Positions 26,301 to 35,536 of a stretch of DNA of 35,536 nt are shown here, one piece after another (the stretch's first letter is position 1; each line of letters opens with the position of its first letter). The stretch lies in assembly GCA_000934665.2 (NCBI GenBank), contig KZ538226.1, forward strand, positions 62,001 through 97,536. The letters are read 5' to 3'. A program made the position numbers and the translations under genes. Origin of the DNA: Catajapyx aquilonaris (taxonomy: Eukaryota). The notes below the pieces were generated by a model. That model ran no database searches. It saw nothing but the letters and a program-made list of their open reading frames with translations, and was not told the origin of the DNA.

Positions 26301-27791
26301 AGCGGTTTAGCTTTTATTATCTCTCTTTTTTTTGTGTTATCAAAGCCGCTTTAAGGCTGGATAGAGGCATCAATTTTGTGGTGGATGAAAATATTGGCCT
26401 ATCGCATGTAATGGAGTTAAAAGGGCATTGCTTGAGACGTCTGTTAGGCCTGTGCCTAACATCCATCAGTCTGGGAAGGAAATGCAGGGCCTAAGCGACG
26501 AATAGCTGAGCGTTACTGCGAGGACGCCTTCTTTTCAATCATGGCCCTACATCAAGCGGTATCTTGCATCGTCGGAGCGTGCGCTGAATTTCTAATTGGG
26601 GAAACACAGCTGCACGCACGCCTCTCTCGAAAAACCTGACTCTCCTTTAAGAAGAAAAAAAACAGGCTCTTTTCTGCCAATCTTCCGCATGTGGAACAAC
26701 CTTTTGCATGATGTGACAGACCTCCTGGGAAGAAAGAGATCACTTCATTTAGAGCTTCGTTGCTGAGATAGGTTCAAACACAAGTCTTAATAAACTGACT
26801 ACCCATTTGGACCAGTGATGCTGTTGTCGTTTGTTGTTGAAGATTTGGCAAACATCCCGCGGCAATATAATGGCAAACACATCGGATTGCCGTCGTTCTG
26901 AAATGACATAACTGCCACTAAAATGTTGCGCGTAGTACAAATGGGCCTTGGGCAAATTTAAACCTCATAAACACTGAGAGGTGCCAGTTATGTGGCACCA
27001 ACGTAAACAATATTCGGGGTGGGGTGGCTATAGGGCCAAAAGCACTAAAGTATGTATGATGCCGCCACACCAACTATCGATTACCTCGTTTCACTGACAG
27101 TCAACCTTTCCCTCACATCCAACACACATCCCTTTCCATTTCACGCCATGTCTTGTTAGCCTAAACGAGTGTGTATGTACGCAATAATAAACAAATTCGC
27201 ATCCCATACTGTCCAACGTCCACTTAGAAAATATTCCCAAAGACATCTTGTCGTCAATCTTTCCCTTTGTCAGTAAAAGGCTATAAGAATGTGCTAAGTA
27301 TACAGGTCATATTGGCATTTGAGCACGTATATAGGACAGCAGAAAAAAAAATAATGATGAGCTTGCGCAAGTTAGCCCGGATGGAAGTAAGCCGATCCAT
27401 TCTAATCGGCAATCACGCCACATGCTGCCCCTAACCGTGCGTGCACATTTAAAATTTTAATGTGTTCACTGACTTGGCAATCGTTTTATTATCCTTGATA
27501 TGTAGACGCCCCGGATTAAACTGGATGGCATGACTACACATTTTAACTCTGCAGATCGCCGTAAACAGAGTGCTGCAATAATTAATTCATCGGGTTTTAT
27601 TACGCCTTCAATTAATGCTAATTATTAACGTTGACTAATTAATGTTTATTTGGCCACAAGAGAGCACAAATAATTATAATAATTGACGCATTACTAAATA
27701 GGTCTAACATCGCAGGCACTCTGTTGACACTAACTTAATTTAATGCCATAAAATAAGAGCGAATTAATGAAAGTAACGCAAATTACGAACA

Positions 27792-27995
27792 TTATATGGA
27801 AGGTGTTATGTAATAATGTGTCAACCCACAAAAAATCCAAATCATTCTGTTAAAATCAAGCTAACGAAATCAGCATACTTCTGCCTTAAATGACCGAAAA
27901 GGAAACTGAATTAATTTCACAAACTGTGTGACATTCAAAGGCCTTTTCCTCAAAACTGTGGGTTGACTCATTATTGCATAACACTGTCCATATTA
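27792..27995. mobile_element. Putative MITE (non-autonomous DNA transposon), ~200 bp
   Basis: Inverted repeats ATATGGAAGGTGTTATGTAATAATGTGTCAACCCACA (27794-27830) and TGTGGGTTGACTCATTATTGCATAACACTGTCCATAT (27957-27993), 33/37 complementary. Non-coding AT-rich interior. Flanks can be read as a TTA (27792-27794 and 27993-27995) or TA target-site duplication. Confidence 0.7.
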
Positions 27996-29424
27996 GATAC
28001 AACTATTAATATTTTCCAATGCTTCATAAAATAACTTCTTATTAGCTCAAATAATGCATGAAACTACTGGTATTACACAAAATACCGGGTACTAGCTATT
28101 TATTCGGAACTAAAGCGCGCAGGGAATTCTCTGCAGAAGGCAACATTGTGCAGGCCTAACACTGCACACTATATCTCCGTAAAGAAAAAAGTAACAGCCA
28201 GGTTTTAAATTCAGAGGTTGGCCAGAATTTATAGCTCCTCCCTATAAATCAGCGCAATCCCTCTTCAAGGAGAGATTCGGATAAATTCAAAGCCTTACAG
28301 TATTCACATGCTGGCTTTAGCACCTTTGGGAGGAACCAAGCTCGGTTCCAAACCCCCCCGTTAATTTGTGAGTAACCTGCACTGTGTGTCATGCGTCAGT
28401 CGGATTCTTACAGTTGGGTTCCCTCCCCATAGGATTTGAAATTAGCCTAATTATGCGTACCAGGCCGCTACTCTCATCGGACGACTCTCTTACATAATTG
28501 ATGTCTCGATTTGGATCCGGGCCCAAGTCAACGGTTTTTCCTCCAAATGACTTGGGAACTGTTCAATAGGGTAACCTCTAATCAAGGTTTCCAATTTGTC
28601 GTTTTTCCTGAAAGGATCTCTTATAACCAGTCCTGAACTAACCAACTTTAGTGTAAGGTCAGGCCGAGCACTCTTCGGTTTCATTCTATTGTACATATTC
28701 TGTCATCGACCCCCTTTCCATAGCCGTTTCAGGCTCGTCAAGTCTTAATCGAGTATGACCATATCCTTTCGGAAAATCCGGAGTAACGTTATTCAGTTTC
28801 CGGAGACACTCCCCCTCCGTGCTTCTGAACGATTTTCGATATCGTCTAATTGAAACCAAATGAAACGAGAAAACGCCGCGTTTGCACCGAAAAGTAGGAA
28901 ACCAGCAGAGCTTGGAATGTTGGAAATAAGGAAAAAAAGGGGGGGAAAGACAGGTGATAGGTAGTAAATCCTCACCAATTTAAACCCCTGTACAAAAAAA
29001 GGAGAAAAAGAATTTGGAAACAGAGCTTAACCCACACATGGCCCAAAAACGAAGAAATAGAGCTCGGTAGGTCTGATAAAGCGAATCTGAGACCTGCTGC
29101 TTCTAAATTGGAAGAAAGTGCGCTGTAATTCAGAATAATATTCCTACTGGGAGACCTTTTCCCCGCTTCCGGTTCTACCCTTACCTTCGCAAACCCGCGA
29201 AACTGAGCAAATAGAAAAGGGGAGCCCATGGTTTGCTTTTGAGGCCGCAAAAGAGGCCAAAAGAGACTCAGGCGCTGTGCACTTTGCCCGGATTAGTGGC
29301 ATCCGCAACGGAAGCCCGGATCTTGCCTCGTCTCATCAGCTCCTCGCCTCAAACGTGACAAAGCATCAAACAAACTCCTGGACCTTTATTATCTCCAAGG
29401 CCTCTCTGTATATACCGACGGTGA

Positions 29425-29427
29425 AGA

Positions 29428-29488
<61 letters not shown>
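29425..29488. repeat. (AG)n microsatellite, 64 bp with one interruption
   Basis: Directly visible AG dinucleotide run with a single C at 29440. Confidence 0.98.
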
Positions 29489-29491
<3 letters not shown>

Positions 29492-32400
29492 TTCATAAGG
29501 GATTGGCTAATATCCTCCACGGCTTGGAAAATTGGATGAAAAGGCTCTTATGGAAATGACGACAAGTGCCGTTTGTCAAATGTCGTGAATCGAGCTTGGA
29601 GGGGAAAAAGTGGAGGAGGAGAAAAAAATGGACACCAAGGGTGAAGGATGAGACACATTGCATTAGAGTACACGCATTCATTTTCATTAAACTGTTCTTG
29701 GAAAAGAGGTTCCTTATGATTTGTTTTGGGGAGGAAAACTCGCATACGTTTTTTTTTTTTTACAAACATTGCCAATTTCCTTATGAAAATAATCTGAACG
29801 TACATAACGCTTAATAACCATCGTAATAATATTTGGGATAAACTAATTATGACCGAAAGTTGACAAAACAATACTGGGGATGAAAATGCGGCGTGTAATA
29901 AATGTTGCTGCACAATTAGTTAGTCGCGGTTTATATGATCGCGTGCATAAATATTTACGCACAAAGCTTCGTCTAAAAACATGAAATTTGGGCATGTCAT
30001 TTTAATGAATGTATAACAAAGTGGGCATCGACGTAATTAATGGACAAAGATAATATGGTGAGCAAGACCACGTTCGAAATTTTTTGGGCAGCGGCATGAC
30101 AATGCATGATATTATTGCAATGGTTTGGGCCATTTCTTGTAATGTCACTACGTTGTATTATGATAGGTCAAGCAGTGATACATCTGCAAAACGTATACAT
30201 GCATAAATTTGAAATAATACATATTTTACAGTAATTTATTATTCCTTACATTAACAAAATAATAAACACACTGAAGCCATACGAGCACAGTGAAATTGAA
30301 AAGAATGTGCAAAACTAATTTCAAATCCAGATTAATTAGGAAAAATTATGTTTTTTTCTTGACCTTTATCACATAAATAATAATTTACATGCGAACCACC
30401 TCCTTGTAACTATATCACTTATTGTACTGCACTGTACTAGTAGGACGCAGGAAAAAAATCAGACAGTGTTTCAAAAAAATACGAAATGCGAGAGCTTGCT
30501 CTTCCAGACCATAATCCTCTCATTGAAAAATTAGGTGCGACACTAACTGCAATTCCACAAACATATTATACCCTAGACTCCCAAAAGCAGGACTCGGTTG
30601 TCCTGCTTCGACTTTTTGTCCTCTCAGTCTGTCCACATCCTGATTGTCAACGTCTTGGCCAAAACCCAAAAATTAGTCTCACATCGGTTTTCAAATCCAC
30701 GTCTCTCCACTGCTGAATTCGCTCTTGGGTTAGCAGAGTGGGTCAGAGGTTGGAAGAAGAAGAAAAAAATTTGGCAAATCCAGACTTGCAAAACCGCCTT
30801 CACTTTACGACCGCATTACCCCTCCAAATTCGTATACATCTACCGTTCGAAACCAGATTGAGGGGGGCGATACAGGGCATAAAATAGATACAGACCCCCC
30901 CTCCCCTTTCGTCTCTGCCCCCCTCCAGAAAAGGGAGTCTCCATCAGATACTGCGTGAAACAAGGGAGCAGTTGGAAAGTTCAATCAATGTCTTTCACAA
31001 GCCCGGAAGATACTGTAGGATAAGAGGCAAGCTGATGCCACAGGGGGTTCGAAGGAAAAGGGACATGCGGGGGCGGGGTGGAGAGGGCGATGAATTATGC
31101 ATCGGAGCAGCGAATAACATCAAACACGTCTCCTCAACGAAAAGCTCTACATCCTTGCTCGAATAAGTCTGATAAAGTATGATGATACCCCCAGCCCTCC
31201 TCTTGCAGTTTGGCACCTTCCAGCGACCGGTTCTCAACCCCATAGTTAAGCCCGCGACCCAATTCTACACCCCCCTTCCCCTCTCTTCTCAAAATCCCGG
31301 ATTCTACCCCGGAAAAATCCCCGACAACCTTATCCGCTTGTCCAACTCCCAGCGGTTTGAAGAAAAAAAAAACAGAAAGAAGAAGGAGAAAAAAAAGGAC
31401 AAAGTTTGTAAACAGAACCAATTACTCAAGAGTGTCCTGGAATCCCCTTTGGTGACCTGGCAGTAATTCAGAGGCTCTCAGGGGCCTGTCTCCAGGAAGA
31501 CTTGCAATTTTCTAACTAACTGCAATTAGCAGTGGACTAGGTCCGACCTGAGCTTGCCGAGTCCTTCTCTTTACGCTCAATTGGCTAATTCTAATGCGAT
31601 TGTACCACGGATCACTAGGGACTGCAGCGGAATAATAGAAAGGGTGGATACCCCCTTCCAACAGAGAGAAAGAAAAAAAAATTTAGGCCGAGTCGACAAA
31701 ATTGAGTAATCCGATCTGGGGGATTGTTGAGCAAGATTCTCTGCAGCTGCTGTCGCTATATAACATTTGGAATGGAAGCCGCTCGACTGTCAGAGGGCGT
31801 AGTGGCAGAGATTAAAGAAGGATAAATCTTCGTCTGTCGCAGTCTAGAACACGAATAATTCAGACGAAACTCGGATTTCTTTCAACATCATTGTTCGGAC
31901 ACAAAAAAAAGAAGAGGACAGATAGGTTTTTTTTTTGGCTTGATCTGTGATTTCAGTTCGGGTTATGAAAGTAAACATGCCGAGGCCTGGTGATTAATAA
32001 AAGCAGGCTTCAATTTCCCTTGTCAAGTTGATCAAAGTATACATCGACCAACAATGCATCCAACAAAGCTTTCATAAACACGCATTATTTATTTTTTTTT
32101 GCTCCTCCAGTCCCTTCATGCAGACAGAAATTCGCTACATGTTAACAAGAGGTGAACACAAAATATATATTGAAAATGTTAAAAAGCAGCGTTAGGGATA
32201 ACAGGGATCTACGACTGCTTGCCCTCCAGCTATTGAGTCTATTCACTGCCGCAGTCCAATGAAAATAATACAACCCTGGAGTGTACATAGCAGAGCGGCA
32301 AAATACACGAATGGTCCATGTTTATGGATTTACAAAAAAAAAAAATCCATCCCCGCTGGAACCGGCGGGTTTTTTAAAATTCCAGTTTATTTTTCGCGCT

Positions 32401-33755
32401 TAAATACTGTTTTAAGCCATATTTTCCAGCCTGTTTCAGGCATTGTAATCTTACAGGCTGAGCCTGCAAACAACAGCACAGTAACGTAATAATCGCCAAA
32501 ATTGTCCCGCAAGTACTACGCTGATACAGGTGCACGGTCTCTGATAACATCGTTGAAATCCGCACACAACTAATCATCCGCAAGTTTCAGTTAACACCGA
32601 AATAAAGCATGCAACGCTTTCCAAAACGGGAAAACCTCCCAGCTATAAATGCAATTATATCTCAAATTAGCGGGCAAGTTATCGCCATTGTTCATTTCCT
32701 TATATGCACCAGTTGGCAGAATTTCGCGAATCCCGTAAGGGTGTGGAGGGTGGGCCAAAGTCGGGAAAAGCAAGCAGCAGGTTTACCCGTGCGTGTATAA
32801 TTTAAGGGATTAAAAGAGCAGAGAACAGAGGCCCTGCAATTACCAACCACCTTGAGACAGTTATGGCGCATCGGCTGCGGGGATCAAGCAAGGCAACAAA
32901 ACGGAGCGGAAAATTTATATCCCTCGACATGCCTGCCTAATCTTTCAGGACCCCGCTGCATTTTCCTACCGGGGCCTTTTCATTCCACCCAAAAACAAGA
33001 CCAGCAAACCCTGGCATAATTTACGACCCGGTCTCGACTCCACGCAAAATGTCCCCCTAATTTATGGTGCGCAACGTGGAAAGGAGGGGGTGTCCATGCT
33101 CAAAAATTCTCACCTCCCAACCCCCCACCACCCTCCTTTTTTTGTAATTACACCATTGTGGTTTTCCTCTCTCTCTGCATACTCTGCCACCCTGTACTAT
33201 ACTCGAGTGTACGTAGCGTGTACAGTGAGGCCGGTAATTCAAACCCAGGTTGCTAAGCTGACGCTTTGTTGCGCCTGCTTCATGTTAGAAAAACAACCCT
33301 TGTGCAACGGGCCACAATGCTACACAAAAACCTGTGGGGACATGTCCTGGACAAAATGGAAGTCTTCAGAGGAAAGGGTTTTCAGTCATAACTGAATGGC
33401 TGAGACGTTTTAAAAAATTCATGGCGTAACCAGCATTTTCAGGAAAAGGTCTGCAAAATGTTGACTTTTGTGCAGCTTTTCTTCTGGAGACAAAAGTGTT
33501 TTTGGAAGTCGCGAACAGCACAACACAACCTGTCCGCAACAAAGTTACCAAAAGAAATCAGAGCCTTTTAAAATATCATAGCCTGACCAGCATCAAACCC
33601 CCAGACCACAGGTTTGAAACCAACCCAGTATATCCGCCAAAGTTTCAGCGAGAGTTGAACGCAGAGCTGACGTTGCACTTTGTGAACTTCCAGTTGTATC
33701 ACGTTACACCAGCCGCAAGCCAACGTCTAATTTTTCCTCCTTTCTCTCTCATACG

Positions 33756-33782
33756 CCCCCCCCCCCCNCCCCCCCCCCCCCC
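33756..33782. repeat. Poly-C tract containing an ambiguous base
   Basis: 27-nt C run with n at 33768. Confidence 0.9.
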
Positions 33783-35364
33783 AAACCTAACCAATCCATC
33801 CGGGCTGACCCAATCCCAGTTCCTCTTTTGATTTAACGCTGTGGTTTTCGTCCAAAGTAGGCCCCGCGTTTTGAGAAATGGAGTCGCCAGAAACTGAGCA
33901 CGTTTGCGGACTTAATATTTGTTACCGTCACATCAGATAAACCCAACAGGGCCAACAACGTGATGCGAATTTTCGGGCCTCCAACCCGCAAGGCCTCGTG
34001 AATCAACCCATTTTAGATGTCGCCAACCGGTAACCCTCAGAGGGGGCATTTATTATTGGTCAGCTGCACCACCACCAGGATATACACCAGATTTTCACGG
34101 GGATCAACTTTTTTTTTGCGGTTTGGTCTGCAGGATGAAAAAAAGGACAGAAGAAAATGGGCTCGCCAAGGAAAAACCTGGAGAAGATCGGCCATGAATA
34201 ACAACCCAAGCCTGCTGTTCCCCATTTCCTCCAAGGCAAAATGGAGATAAAATGTCCGCTACACCGCACTAAATATTAATAACTAGGGACCGGCATTGCG
34301 TAAACTAATCAGGTTCTGGAGTGATTGGGAAGGAGGCCGGAAGATGCGGAAACTTTAATACTTTAAGAGTATTTTCCAGTCCCATTGTGGATGCTCAGTT
34401 TGTCTGCTCTTCATTTTCAAAACATGCCTGAAATTTGAGGGGTGTCGTGGGAAAAGGTGACAACCCACAAAAGTGTAATTTTTCAGGAGTGCGAATTGAA
34501 GTTTGCACTCTCTTAAGAAATCATGGAGAATGCAGGTTTGCACGTTGCCACAGTTACTCCTCAGGGGCCAAATTCATACCTAAAGCCTCTAAAGTTGGCA
34601 ACATCGCAAAATTCGGCCATATTGTTACCCCTTCAAAGCGTTATAGTGTTGGAAACAATTTTATCGAACTGTGTTGCGCATTCGGTTGCGCTCATTAAAA
34701 AATTCATCTACTATTTTGGGTAGATCCTTTAGACGTTTAGAGTTTTAAAAAAACCTGCTAATTATATTCGTGAATTAATTACCTGTTTGAAGGTGTAGTT
34801 ATCTGTTGTTTGCTGGTGTTGACCACAGGGCGCTTACGGGCATTACCCGACACAGGCCCCGATAGGACGAAGGGAAATACCAGCCATTTTAACATACTGG
34901 GGGGAGGGGGGGGTCAAGTAAACATTAACCCCAAAAACACCCGCAAAACAGGCCGCAGCCCGGTTTTGCCCCAAAGCGGCGTGAAATAACCCGCTTTTTT
35001 TTAACAGCCCTTCCCCCTAATCGTCAAGTTGCCAAATGACACCAACGGACGTTGATTGATTAGGTGTTGGATTCGCCGACTGTCACTCTTTTCCTGTACA
35101 TGTCCCTGCAAACCAACCCTTTGACACCTAATCGGGCAGAAAAAAAAGTCACCATCTTTTTTTTGGGGTGGTCCATAATTGAATAACGAGAGTCGGTGCA
35201 ACAGCGTATTCCTTAACCCTACCTGGGCTCAACTGGCGCGTCCGAATGCGCATCACCGCTCTCCCGCCGTGACGTCACATGCGGGTGTTGGACGCGCTCT
35301 AGGACACGGGCCATCGTGCCTGCGCAGCATAAGAATCCCCATCGGAAGAAGCAATCCCAGCGAT

Positions 35365-35448
35365 GGCTGCTGTAGTGTATTGGTAGCGCCCTGGCCTATA
35401 GATCAGAAGGCTGCAGGTTCGAGTCCCCGTTGGGCTTCTTTTTTTTTT
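35365..35448 (+). mobile_element. Degenerate tRNA-derived sequence (SINE head or tRNA pseudogene)
   Basis: Pol III A-box TAGTGTATTGG (35373-35383) and B-box GGTTCGAGTCC (35416-35426) at tRNA-like spacing, D-arm GTGT/GCGC and a downstream T run. Acceptor, anticodon and T stems pair poorly, so it is not a functional tRNA. Confidence 0.65.
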
Positions 35449-35511
35449 ACCCCCTATTTTTTTCGTCGTCTTTTCTTACGTGAAGATAGGCCTGTATCCG
35501 CAACGAGTGAA

Positions 35512-35536
35512 GGTTAGGTATGGTTAGGTTGGGTTA
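35512..35536 (+). repeat. Degenerate (GGTTA)n / TTAGG-like pentamer repeat, truncated by window edge
   Basis: GGTTA GGTAT GGTTA GGTTG GGTTA. Confidence 0.75.

Noticed and set aside
29277..29498. ORF ending in an ERERER repeat
   Set aside because: Translation of the (AG)n microsatellite.
32352..32375. GC hairpin followed by a T run resembling a rho-independent terminator
   Set aside because: Eukaryotic intron-type context with no bacterial gene upstream; T runs are ubiquitous here.
35365..35435. Functional tRNA gene
   Set aside because: A/B boxes are present, but the T-stem, anticodon stem and acceptor stem do not pair properly.
35512..35536. True telomere
   Set aside because: Repeats are degenerate and only five units are visible; cannot be supported without the flanking sequence.
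1..35536. CRISPR array, operon, autonomous transposon or viral insert
   Set aside because: No regularly spaced direct repeats, no long ORFs, and no transposase, RT or integrase motifs seen.

Overview
Eukaryotic, most likely arthropod, genomic DNA that is almost entirely intronic or non-coding, with many homopolymer runs. The only coding sequence I can support is two minus-strand exons of a Dpr (defective proboscis extension response) family Ig-superfamily neuronal adhesion gene, most similar from memory to dpr12. Exon 13374-13073 encodes a proline-rich stalk and the start of Ig1. Exon 905-744 encodes the rest of Ig1. They are joined in frame across a 12,167-bp GT-AG intron. The Ig2 and C-terminal exons lie left of the window, and the signal-peptide exon is not securely located. 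The other listed ORFs look like chance or shadow frames. Non-coding structure includes two abutting loop-less perfect palindromes (36 and 54 bp, both centred on CTATAG), a 161-bp fold-back with 77-bp arms, a ~200-bp MITE with 36-37-bp TIRs, an (AG)n microsatellite, and a degenerate tRNA-derived (SINE-like) head followed by GGTTA-type repeats at the right edge. I found no convincing new multi-gene system; the twin palindromes and the fold-back are the most unusual signals.
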